The notes beneath the pieces were generated by a model, which saw nothing but the letters and a program-made list of their open reading frames with translations, had not been told where the DNA came from and did not search any database. Shown piece by piece: positions 12,141 to 24,050 of a stretch of DNA of 64,000 nucleotides. Position 1 is the first letter of the stretch; every line of letters begins with the position of its first letter. The DNA lies in the NCBI RefSeq assembly GCF_009914755.1, contig NC_060932.1. One strand, written 5' to 3'. The position numbers were made by a program, and so were the translations under genes. This stretch comes from the human T2T-CHM13v2.0 reference genome, Homo sapiens.

Positions 12141-14089
12141 GAATCTCTTTAGGGTTAAAATGCACTGTTGGTGCTCTAACAGATGCCCAACATGAATAAC
12201 ACTATGACATGACACATAGCAGTATACTCAAAAGCCACTCAGGAATTCAGAGTTTGAGCACAGGAGCAAAGTATGAGATACATTCTGTATTAATAACAAA
12301 CTTAGAGTTTTATAGCCCTTTACAATAAGGTTATTTAATACTCCTGGGATCTAGAGTTTGATTCTTACATGATTAATATGTCTATAAGCAATGGATTGAA
12401 GATGATTGAGAGCAGGAAGAAGGATGACGTGTATTGAGAACCAACAATATTTTAGAAACATTGCTATACATTTAATGTATTTGGTTCTCACAACAAACTG
12501 TGAGACAATATTATTTTCCCATTCTTATGTCTCAGAATGTAGATTCTAAAAGGTTAAGCAACACTGTCTAGGGCCTTGAGTTTGGGAAATGTGATTCATG
12601 TCTCCATCTCTCTAAATCTAAAGCCCATCTCTTGCTACTGGATCACTTCTGCTGGACATTTCCATGGGGACAGGGAATAATTTCACTAGCTCTCCTTACA
12701 TCAGGTTTAGAAATACTCTTAAACAGAATTCTGTAATCTTTGAATATGCCATACATTTGTTAGATGTAGAAAGATCTGTAGAAGAGGAGTAGAGATTTAG
12801 CTTTCTTTAAAAGTAGACTATAAAAAATTTTAAAAAGAATATTGATTCAGGGAACACCAGGAAAGGATGAGGTTTGTGTTCCATAGATTTTGAATTAGTA
12901 AACTACTTTTTCAAGAAAATAGACTGAATTACTTCCCTTTCACCAATTCATAAAAAGGGAAATAAAGACAAATAAAAATGTTATGCTCATAAAAGCATGG
13001 ATATCCTGAAAGTGGATGGCAGTTGAAATCATATTGACAATTCAGAACACATGGTGCCTCAGCTCAGAGCCCACCCAAGAGAAGGGTGCAGTTGAGGAGA
13101 AGGCTTCTCTTTATGGTACAGCCATAAAGCAAAGTGATTGAAGAATCTGCCTTCTGATTTTCATTCAGGTGGGCTCCTGGATTTCACTCTACCCTTCAAC
13201 CCCACCCTGCCCACATACCCTCAAATGAGTCCGCCAAATTAACATGCCATGATACACATAAAGAACTTTAAGTCAGACTTCTCTTATCCAGGTGACAGGT
13301 TGGCAAAGAGATACCTACTTTAATCAATCCAGTTCTTCAAACAGATATAAAAACAGACAAAATGAACTGTCAGACATAAGCACAGAAAAGCAAGCATCAC
13401 ATCAACTGACACCAGAAGCAGCAGATGTTTCAGAGAAAACAAAAGTACCTCTTAAAATCTTACCATCAATATCCTCAGGGGATACAGTACACCCGTAAAA
13501 CAAGAACAGACTAATATAGAAAAGAAACCATTAAAGAATAAGAAAACCATATTTTGGAAGACATTAAAGTAGTTAAGACTTAGCCATTGGACTTCAGGAA
13601 GCAAGAATGATAACATGCTTGGTGGTTGTGCCTAGAATGTAGGAATTCTGGGAGAAGCATTGAAGTGGAAAACATAACAAAATTTCTTGTTAAAGATAAA
13701 AATACAAAATGCATATAGATACCCACATACATGATAACATTAGATATTGTTAATAATTATGTAAAATTAGGCATAAACTGTGACGTAACAATGCATTTCT
13801 ACTGAAAAATGTTGTTTCCATGTCAACTTTGCTTCTTTCTAGTTGGCTAATGCCATTCAAATTTCACTAAACTTTGCTTAAGCATAGTTTGCTCATATGT
13901 AATATGGGAATTATAATTACTTCCCCACAGGGTTGATAACAGAATTAAATTAAATAATAGAACATAGCTGAAATTACCTAGCACTTGCCGAACACTAACT
14001 AAATGATAGTTCCATATGCATATTGCATTTTCTCAGAGGTTGTGCGGATTTTATTTCAGATTTTCATGAACCATGTTCAATCATTTTAA

Positions 14090-16436
14090 ATCAAATTTAT
14101 TGAGGTATAATTTAAATAAAAAAGATGTCTTTTCTAGAGTTTTATATTAATATATAGTATTACTGTCTTCTGCCTTGCCTTTCTTGCTCAGCATGTTTTT
14201 GAGATTTGTTCATATTGTTACATTTAGCAGTAATTTTCTTCTTTTTATGATTAAGTGGTATTTTATTATATGAATATCCATCAATTGTCTTATCTTTCAC
14301 CTATTAACAGACACTATAATTGCTCCATCCTTTATTTAATACAAGTAGAGCTGTTAGAAACATTCATGTACAAGTCTTTGGGTATACATATATTTTCATT
14401 TTTAGAGTAAATAAGTAGAATTTCTGGGTCATATGGTAAATATACAATTAAAAGATTTTGCTGAACTGTTTTTCAAAGTGGTTGTGCCATTTTACATTCT
14501 CACAGTAAATGTAACAGAGCTTTCATTTGCTCCACATGTTGGCAAACTCATTGTTTTTCTATTTTAATTAATCTTTTATATCTATTAAAATAATATAAAT
14601 AAATTAATTCTATTTGATATTTTTGATTTTAGTGATTCAACTGGTGTGTAATGCTATCTTATTGGAGTTTTATTTGGCATTTACCTGATGAATAATACCA
14701 TTGAGCATCTTTTTATGTGTCATTTGTATATCTACTTTGTGAAATACCTGTTCAAATATTTTTCCCATTAAAAATTGGTTATCTTTTTATATTTAGATAT
14801 ACATAAGTACATATATAAATATATATGTATATCTTTTTGAAAGTTTATATATATATATAGATGAACTATATATAGAAAGTTTGAATATTTTCTTCCAGTT
14901 AGTGGCTTAACCCTTTTTTAATGACATCTTTTGAAGAACAAAAGTTTTAAATTTTGATGAAGTACAGTTTACCTTTTTTTTTTTCTTTGGGGGGATTTAC
15001 ACTTTTTGTGTCATATCTAAGAAATCTTTGCTATCACCAAGTTGCAAGAATTTTTTAATATGGTTTTCTCTAAGAGTTTTATAAAGTCTGTGATCCACTT
15101 GAGCTAACTTTTGTGCATAGTGTGAGGTAAAGGTGGAGGTTTATTTTTTTCCATATGGATATTCAATTTTTCAAGTACCATTTGTTGAAAAGATGATGCT
15201 ATCCTATTGAACTACCATTACTGTCTGTTAAAGAAATCAATTGATCACTAGTATATGGATCTATCCTTGGACACACTATTCCAGCACCAACCAATAGAAA
15301 TTTAATATGAGCCACACATGTGATCTTAAATTGTTGAATAACTACATTAGTAAAAAAAAAATTCATGTGAATAATACATTTTATTTGATCTATCATATCC
15401 AAAATATTGTTTAACATATAATTTGTATAAAAATATTTGGTAATAATTTTGTTCTGAAGACTGATATTAATCTTGCCACACCAGGATTCACATGACAGCC
15501 ACTGAATAATTTCCATCCATCCACTTACTTTTTTTTGAGACCCAATTTTTATGCATTTTGGTGTATACATTGCATAACTTGCAGTGTTATTCTCAGACTA
15601 TTGGCACATGCATACAGTCATCTAGCAAGCAACACAATCAATTCAAAAATTCTTTGGTGCCCCATTGTCTTCCATGCTGTCTCCTGTTCTCAGTCCCTGT
15701 AACCCCTGTTCTGTTTTGTCAGATAGTTTTACCTCTTTCAGAATTTCATAAAAAATAAAATCAGTGTAATATTTTAAGTCTGGCTTCTTTCACTCAGCAC
15801 AAATGATTAGAGATTCATTCATGCTGTTGTGTGTCAGTGGTACATTGCATTCTTCTTCCGAGTAGTATTCCATAATGTGGATGTACCATATTACATCATT
15901 CATTTACCAGTTGAAAAGCATTTAGATTAATTTCAGATTTTGGTGATCATAAATAAAGCTTTGCAAGGATTCCCTTATAAGGGACATTGTATGCCTAACT
16001 TTAAAAAACACCAATATTCCAATGTGGTTGTACCATATTTTGCATTCCTCCCAGCAACATCTGAAGGTTCTTCGCATCCTTGCTAGCATGTACTATTAAC
16101 ATTCTAATAGGTGTGCAGTGGGATCTCATTGTTAAAGACTTACTTTTAATCTTATCATTTCTTTATATTTAACATAGTTTTCTTGTAGGTAGCAGAGATG
16201 GGCCTTTTTTTAAATCCTGTCTGACAATTTATCCTGTTAAATTAAATATTTATGTCATTTACATTAAATATAATATTGAAATGATAAGGCTTAAATCTCT
16301 CAGCTTGCTATTTGCTTTTTACCCGCTTTAACTCTTTCCTGTATTTTTCTGGATTAATTGAAATTTTTAAATATTCCATTTTATCTCTGCTTCTTGCTCA
16401 TTTGCAAGTCTATTTGTTTTAATTTTTTAGTGATTT
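14090..16436 (-). mobile_element. Cluster of old L1M fragments, interrupted by MER33
   Basis: Antisense L1 3'-end motifs (tttattgaggtataattta, gggtcatatggtaa, ttttcaaagtggttgtgccattttacattc, gatattcaatttttcaagtaccatttgttgaaaaga). Confidence 0.7.
15282..15445. mobile_element. MER33/MER3-like hAT-Charlie DNA transposon fragment
   Basis: ccaatagaaatttaatatgagccacacatgtgatcttaaatt...atatccaaaatatt matches the recalled MER33 consensus. Confidence 0.65.
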
Positions 16437-17069
16437 TGTTACTTGAAAGGGGCCCAGATCCAGATACCAAGAGAGGGTTCTTGGACCTCATGCAAGAAAG
16501 AATTCAGGAGAAGCCCATAGAGTTAAGTGAAAGCAAGGTTATTAAGAAAGTAAAGGAATAAAAGAATGGCTACTCTATAGGCAGAGCAGTGGCATAGGCT
16601 ACTCAATTTAGTATACCTATAGTTATTTATTGGTTATATGCTAAGCAAGGGGTGGATTATTCATGAGTTTTCCAAGAAAGGGGCAGGGATTTTCTGAAAC
16701 TGAGGGTTTTCCCCATTTAAGACCATATAGGGTAACTTCTGAACATTGCCATGACATTTGTAAACTGTCATCGTGTTGGTGGGAGTGTCTTTTAGCATGC
16801 TAATGCGTTATAATTAATGTATAATGAGCAGTGAAGACAATCAGAGTTCATTTCATTGCCATCTTGGTTTTGGTGGGTTTTGGAGGGCTTCTTTACTGCA
16901 TCCTGCTTTATCATCAGGGTCTTTGTGACCTGTATATTGTGCTGACCTCCTACCTCAGCCTGTGACTAAGAATGCCTAACCTCCTGAGAATGCAGCCCAG
17001 TAGGTCTCAGCCTTATTTAATTTGGCTCCCATACAAGATGGAGTCCCTCTGATTCAAATGCTTCTGACA
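16437..17069 (-). mobile_element. MER41B-type ERV1 solo LTR with 4-bp TSD
   Basis: 633 bp with TG...CA ends (tgttac.../...ctgaca) and TSD ATTT at 16433-16436 and 17070-17073. The reverse complement follows the MER41 consensus (tgtcagaagcatttgaatcagagg...ccaagaaccctctcttgg). Confidence 0.88.
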
Positions 17070-17073
17070 ATTT

Positions 17074-17560
17074 CTCTAAGGCTTATCATATGCATGTTTA
17101 AGTAATAGTAGTTATTCTGCAAAACGTATTGTTCTATTTGTATGTAACATAAAAGCCTTAAAACAAAATACTTCCATTTACCCCTTTTCATTCTTTGGGC
17201 TACTTGTGTCATAATTTTACTTTTGCATTATTATAAATTTCACAATTTATTATTATGTTTGTTGAAACAGTCAAGCGTATCTGAAATTTTAAATGATAAA
17301 ATATATTTACACACAAACTTATTATTACAGGTTTTCTTCAAAGGTTTTTATTTTGCTTTCACTTTTGGGAAATATTTTCACTGTATATAGGATTCTAGGT
17401 TGATAGTTGTATGCTTTTAGCACTTTAAAGATGTTATTTCATTGTCTTCTCGCTTATGTATTTTCTGAAGAGATATCTGTAGTCATTCTATTATGTATTT
17501 ATCTCTAGAAATGGTTCTTTTTACTTTAGCAGCTTTGAGGACTGTCACTTTATCATAATC
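17074..17560 (-). mobile_element. Old L1M fragment, continuation of the MER41B host
   Basis: atattttcactgtatataggattctaggttgatag...cactttaaagatgttatttcattgtcttct are antisense L1M ORF1-region motifs. Confidence 0.65.
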
Positions 17561-19124
17561 TAGAGATAGTTTACTCTCATATTAAGATCTCTATTAACTG
17601 TTTCAGGTGATGAGCCAGGAATCTCCACTCTTGTTGATCAGAGCTAGGTTGTCTCCTAGTCTGGGATGAGCTCTAAAAGTGGTTCTGTTTATTCTTCTCT
17701 TATTACTCTTTGTCAGTCGTTTGGAGTATTACATTATGCTTCGATTTCCTGGTATTCAGCAAAAACTGAAGGTGACCTCATGCAAATGTTTGGACTTCTT
17801 TCTTTGAATAGCCTCCTCTTTTCCAAAACTCTGCATTGCAACTTCTGATAGTCTCAGCATTCTTGAACTTAATTCTTTGTCTGCTCAACTCACACAATGG
17901 TGCTCTGCTTGGGAACTTCCTCTCTGGACTACATGTGGAATGATTCTCAAGACCCACAGACAGGTAATCATGGGGATCACTTTGCTTGTTTCCTTTCTCT
18001 TAGGCACTACAAGTGTTGCCTGGTGACCAATATCTGAAAACAGTTTTATCATATATATTTCCCTCCTTCATATATATGTATGTTGGGAAGAGAAGTTTGA
18101 TCCTTGTTATTTCACTATAGTAAAAACAGAAATCTTCAGGTTTTTTAATAAAAAGAAAGATAATCTAAGAGAAACTCTCGTATTTTTCACTTTGATTAGC
18201 TTAAAAAAATTAAACAAGAGTGTCCAGATTATCTTTGAAAAATAGTATGATTTGCAAGAAGTTTTGGTATTATTTCAAATATGTGGATTCCTAGTTCCGC
18301 TCAAATGTTAGTGGCTTCTCACAGAAATCACAAGCTTATTAGATCCAATATTTTGATAAGAAAAGCAGGAATGCATGCTGGAGGCTTAAAAGTTTGGAAG
18401 AACACAAAAAGTATGCTAAACATGATAATTTGACCTCTAAACAATCAAAAATGTTGCTCTACAAATAAGCTAAAGGCATAAGCTGTGAACCACAAATGCT
18501 TTGAAATATTATAATCCTGAAATAGAAAAAATGAAAAGGGCAAAACTAAAAAAAGCTAAAATATATTAGATAGGGTTATTTTAAGAGCTTAGAAGTTGAG
18601 CTGATTTCTGTAATATGTTTTTGACATTTACAGTATTATTCCTTTATAACACCATCTTGAATATTTGATACTATAGATATATTAATGTCTTTCCAAGTAA
18701 TGCTGATAATGTACCTTTTTAATCTTGTAAGAATTTACCCAATTTTAGGTTTTTTATTTTTTTCTATGTAAATGGTATCAGAATGGGTAAACATATGATC
18801 TAATTCCTAGGATAATAATAGGACAATTTAATATATTCCAGATGAGTTATGTTTGCCAGGAGGATTTTTTTTCTTATAATCTGGAAAATATCTTCAAATA
18901 ATAGAGTTCTCTACTTTTAATGAAAAGCTTTATTTTTCAAGAATGACTTCCCAAATGAATAGGAAAAAGAATCCACACCAAATATTCTCTAGAAGTCTGC
19001 CTAATTATTTTCTATAAGCCTCTAGTAATAATATTATATCTACAGAATAATAACACTTCTGCAAAATTTCACAGTTATCTATGCACTGGAAACATAGACC
19101 AAATTGGATAGTTCATGTGAAGAA

Positions 19125-19557
19125 CATTATTACCAAGGCATATAGTCACCAGACTGTCCAAGGTCAACATTAAAGAAAAAAATCTTAAAGGCAGCTAGGG
19201 AAAAAGGTCAGATCACTCACAAAAGAAACCCCATCAGGCTAACAGTGAACTTCTCAAATGAAACCTTACAAGTCAGAAGAAACTGGGGACCTATTTTGTT
19301 TTTTTAAAGAAAAAAAAAAAGCCAACCAAGTATTTCAGATGCAACCAGACTAAGCTGCATAAACACAGGAGAAATAAAGTCTTTTCCAGAGAAGCAACTA
19401 CTAAGGGAATTTGTTACCACTAGACCAGCTTTACAATAGATCCTTCAGGGAGTTCTAAACATGGAAATGAAAGAATAAAACCTGATAACACATGAAGAAA
19501 ACTACTTAAATACATAGCCCAAAGACCTCATAAAGCAACTATAGAATCAAGACTATG
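19125..19557 (+). mobile_element. L1 (L1PB/old L1PA-like) ORF1 3' fragment
   Basis: aaagaaaaaatcttaaaggcagctagggaaaaaggtcagatcac...ccccatcaggctaacagtgaacttctc...ctaagggaatttgttaccactagaccagc. Confidence 0.8.
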
Positions 19558-19563
19558 AAGAAC

Positions 19564-20079
19564 AGCTGGGGATAGGCCCCCAAATCTGACCATAAACTGA
19601 CCCCAAAACTGGCCATAAACAAAATCTCTGCAGCACTGTGACATGTTCATGATGGCCATGATGCCCACGCTGGAGGTTGTGGGTTTACTGGAATGAGGGC
19701 AAGGAACACCTGGCCCACCCAAGGCAGAAAACTGCTTAAAGGTGTTCCTAAACTACAAACAACAGCATGAGTGATCTGCTATGGGAACATGACCTTAAGG
19801 ACATGTTCCTGCTGCAGCTAACTAGCCAGAGGCCATCCCTTTGTTTCGGCCCATCCCTTTGTTTCCCATAATGAATACTTTTAATCTATAATCTATAGAA
19901 ACAATGTTTATCACTGACTTGCTGTCAATAAATATGCGGGTAAATCTCTGTTCGAGACTCAGCTTTGAAGGCTGTGAGTCCCCTGATTTCCCACTCCACA
20001 TGCTATATTTGTGTTTGTGTGTCTTTAATTCCTCTAGTGCTGCTGGGTTAGGGTCTCCCCAACCAAGCTGGTCTCAGCA
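19564..20079 (+). repeat. 5' LTR (MER9a-type)
   Basis: 516 bp. Starts agctgggg (the TG is mutated), ends ggtctcagCA, AATAAA at 19927-19932. Confidence 0.92.
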
Positions 20080-20081
20080 AG

Positions 20082-20100
20082 TGGTGTCCATAAGTGGGGC
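20082..20100 (+). promoter_or_regulatory. Degenerate tRNA-Lys primer binding site
   Basis: tggtgtccataagtggggc versus the canonical TGGCGCCCAACGTGGGGC, 2 nt after the LTR CA. Probable major splice donor GTGAGT at 20192. Confidence 0.8.
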
Positions 20101-20229
20101 TCAAACTCAGGTGGAAGGGTTGCTGGAGCAATGGTTGGAGAACATGGAACTAAGCTGGAGGACACCTGAGTACTCTTAAGCAATCCCTGTGGTGAGTAAG
20201 AAGGGGAGCTCGGAAGCATCAGGATAACA

Positions 20230-20747
20230 ATGGGACAAGTGTGGGCTCTGGCTTGTTCCACCTTGGAACCTTTTCACACTGATGATAAGGAAAAAGGAAA
20301 GTATAATGAAGTAACAGAAGAGGTAACAGAGCAGGTTTGTTTGCCAGCCAAATCTAAAGTGGCAAAGGAGGAAGAGGTTCATCTCTACCCTTCTGCACCC
20401 CCTCCTTACTATGAAGAAAAAGAGTGGCCTGACCCTCCAGATCTTTCTTTTCTGGAGGACACTGGGTGAAAAGTAGTTGCTCCAGTGACTGTTTAAGCAG
20501 TGCCTCAAGCAACCACTCTCAGTTCTATTCAGGCAGGAATCCAGCAAGCTAGACATGAGGGTGATATAGAGGCTTGGCAGTTCTCTGTTAGAATACACCC
20601 CCCAGATCAACAGGGAAATATTATAGCTACATTTGAGCCTTTTCCTTTTAAATTACTCAAAGAATTTAAACAAGCTATTAATCACTATGGACCAGGTTCC
20701 TCTTTTGTAATGGGACTGTAAAGAATGTTGCTGTCTCCAGTCAGATG
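20230..20747 (+). pseudogene. gag: HML-3 gag remnant (deleted MA, N-terminal CA only)
   Basis: MGQVWAL...PSAPPPY (late-domain-like motifs)...FPFKLLKEFKQAINHYGPGSSFVMGL. Stops at 20467 and 20494, 1-nt frameshift at ~20719. Confidence 0.85.
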
Positions 20748-21474
20748 TTGCCAGCAGGGACGATAGGATTATTTCTAGGTAGATCTAGTTTAAATTTAAA
20801 AGGAGTGCAAGTACAAACAGGAGTCATTGATTCAGATTACAATGGGGAAATTCAAATTGTTATGTCTGCTTTGGTTCCCTGGAAAGCGAGCCAGGAGAGC
20901 ATATAGCACAGCTCCTCATTATGCCACATGTGGAAATGGGGAAAAGTGAAATTAAACAAACAGGAGGATTTGGAAGCACGAATAAACAAGGCAAAGCAGC
21001 TTATTGGGTGAATCAAATTACTGATAAACATCCTACCTGTGAAATAACTATTCAGGGGAAGAAATTTAAAGGTTTGGTAGATACAGGAGCGGACATTTCA
21101 ATCATTTCTCTACAGCACTGGCCATCTGCGTGGCCAATTCAACCCACTCAATTTAACATAGATGGAGTTGGTAAAGCCCGTGAAGTATATCAGAGTAGTT
21201 ATATTTTGGATTGTGAAGGGCCTGATGGACAACCTGGGACTATTCAACCAATAATAACTTCTGTACCTATAAATTTATGGGGGAGAGATTTATTACAACA
21301 ATGGGGAGGACAAGCTCTAATTCCAGAGCAATTATATAGCCCTCAAAGTCAACACATGATGCATGAAATGGGGTAAGTCCCTGGTATGGGACTAGAAAAA
21401 ATTTGCAAGGTTTCAAGGAACTGCTTCAAGTGGAAAGACAAAGTTCCCGCCTAGGTTTAGGATATCATTTTTGA
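20748..21474 (+). pseudogene. pro: dUTPase (partial) - aspartic protease - G-patch remnant
   Basis: GRSSLNLKG and GVIDSDYNGEI dUTPase motifs, GGFGST, LVDTGAD active site, NLWGRDLL, and MG*VPGMGL G-patch. Frameshifted. Confidence 0.9.
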
Positions 21475-24050
21475 TGGCAGTCATTGTTAAGCCTCCAGAA
21501 TCTATACCTTTAAAATGGTTAACAGATAAGCCAATTTGGATGGAACAATGGCCAATGAGTAAAGAGAAACTGGAAGCTTTAGAGAACTTAGTTACTGAAC
21601 AATTAGAAAAAGGACACATAGCTCCAACATTTTCCCCTTGGAATTCTCCAGTTTTCATAATTAAGAAAAAATCAGGTAAATGGAGAATGTTAACTGACTT
21701 AAGAGCCATTAATTCACTTATACAACCTATGGGGACATTGCAGCCAGGATTGCCCTCTCCTGCTATGATTCCAAAAAATTGGCCTTTAATAGTCATAGAT
21801 TTAAAAGACTGTTTCTTTACTATGCCCTTAGCTGAGCAAGACTGTGAAAGATTTGCATTTCCAATTCCTGCAGTAAACAACCTGCAGCCTGCTAAGTGTT
21901 TTCATTGGAAAGTGTTGCCACAAGGCATGTTAAACAGTCCAACAATTTGCCAGGTTTATTTAGGGCAAGCAATTGAATCTACTTGTAAAAAATTTTCACA
22001 GTGTTACATTATTCATTATATGGATGATATACTTTGTGCTGCCCCCACTCGAGAAATATTACTCCAATGTTATGATCATTTGCAAAATTTGATTTCTCAT
22101 GCTGGTTTAATTACAGCTCCTGACAAAATTCAGACTACTGCTCCTTACTCCTACTTAGGGACCTTAGTAAATGACACTACCATTGTGCCACAAAAAGTAA
22201 CTACACATAGGGATCAATTGAAAACATCAAATGACTTTCAAAAATTACTAGGGGACATTAATTGGATATGACTTGCTCTAGGCATTCCTACCTATGCCAT
22301 GAGTAATCTATTTTCTATCCTTAGAGGAGATCCTAGTCTCATTAGCCCTCGGCAATTAACAAAGGAGACTGAGGTAGAGTTACAGCTAATTGAGAAGCAA
22401 GTCCATAAAGCTCAAATAAATAGAATAAATCCAAAAAAGACTCTAGATTTGCTAATTTTTTCAACTCAGCATTCACCTACTGGTGTTATTGTTCAAGAGC
22501 AAGATCTTGTACAGGGGCTTTTTCTTCCACATACTAGTTCACGGACTTTGACTCCTTATTTGGATCAAATCTCTACTATGATAGGAAATGGGAGAACTCA
22601 GATTGATAAATTACATGGATATGATCCTGGAAAAAGTATTGTCCCTATCACGAAGGCATAAATACAGCAAGCTTTTATAAATAGTCTTACTTGGCAAACC
22701 CATTTAGCTAACTTTGTGGGTATTCTTGATAATCATTTTCCTAAAATGAAGCTGTTTCAATTTTTAAAATTAACTAATTGGATTCTCCCTAAAATCTCTA
22801 AATTTAAACCAATTAAAGGTGCTGAGAATGTTTTTACAGATGGGTCTAGTAATAGTAAAGCTTCTTATTCTGGCTCGAAAGGTAAAGTTTTTAAGACGCC
22901 CTATATGTCAGCTCAAAAAGCAGAGCTTGTAGCTGTAATTAAGGTATTGACTGCTTTTAATATGCCTATTAATGTGACTTCTGATTCTTCATATGTGGTT
23001 CATTCCACACAGTTAGTTAAAAATGCTCAATTATGATTTCACACAGATGAACAACTGATGACTTTATTTACCCAATTGCAAAAAGCAGTCAGGAGTAGAA
23101 TGCACCCTTTTTACATCACTTACATTAGGGCTCATACACCTCTTCCAGAACCTTTAACTGAAGGGAATCAAATGGCTGATCACCTAGTTGCTACTGCAAT
23201 ATCTAATGCTAGACACTTTCACAATTTAACCCATGTTAATGCCTCTGGTATCAAACACAGATACAGCATTACCTGGAAAGAAGCTAAAGCTATTATCCAG
23301 TGATGCCCAACTTGCCAAATGGTACATTCCTCATCATTCACAGGAGGAGTTAATCCTCGAGGATTGGAACCTAATTCTCTTTGGCAAATAGATGCCACAC
23401 ATGTTCCCTCATTTGGGAGACTAGCTTATGTACATGTATGTGTGGACACCTTTTCTCACTTTTTCTGGGCTACATGCCAATCAGGAGAGTTTTCTGCCTG
23501 TGTTAAATATCACCTTTTGCAGTGTTTTGTGGTGACGAGCATTTCAGCTTCTATTAAAACAGACAATGCCTCAGGCTATACTAGGCAAGCTGTAGCTACA
23601 TTTTTCTCTATATGGAATATTAAACACATTACTGGCATCCCATATAATTCTCAAGGACAAGCCATTGTAGAATGAATGCATCTCTCTCTAAAACGACAAT
23701 TGCAAAAGCAGAAAGCGGGAAACAGGGACTACGGAACACCACATATGCAATTGAATATAGCATTATTGACTTTAAATTTTTTGAGCCTGCCTAAAGGCCA
23801 GATGCTATCAGCAGCTGAACAACATCTACAGAAACCAGCTGCAAAGACAGTAGCAGAACAACTGGTTTGGTGGAGAGATCCAATAACAAATAGTTGGGAA
23901 ATAGGTAAAAATATAATAACCTGGGGTAGAGGTTATGCTTGTGTTTCTCCAGGCCAGAATCATCAGTTAATTTGGATACCATCAAGACACCTAAAACCTT
24001 GTCATGAGCCAGCCAGATCCTGGGGACCCCCTGGTTGCAGCCATGTCTAG
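21471..24050 (+). pseudogene. pol: pol: RT - RNase H - integrase, disrupted
   Basis: [24 protein letters not shown]; FTDGS RNase H; HNLTH...CPTC zinc finger; WQID, KTDN and [11 protein letters not shown] integrase core. Several in-frame stops. Confidence 0.93.

Noticed and set aside
21413-21880. Antisense ORFs within the provirus (also 20176-20610, 23791-24096, 24337-24729)
   Set aside because: Shadows of sense-strand coding sequence, with no recognisable domain or independent signals.
21471-22271. 266-aa RT ORF as a functional enzyme
   Set aside because: YMDD is intact, but the ORF starts at a non-ATG codon, stops before the connection and RNase H domains, and upstream gag/pro are disrupted.
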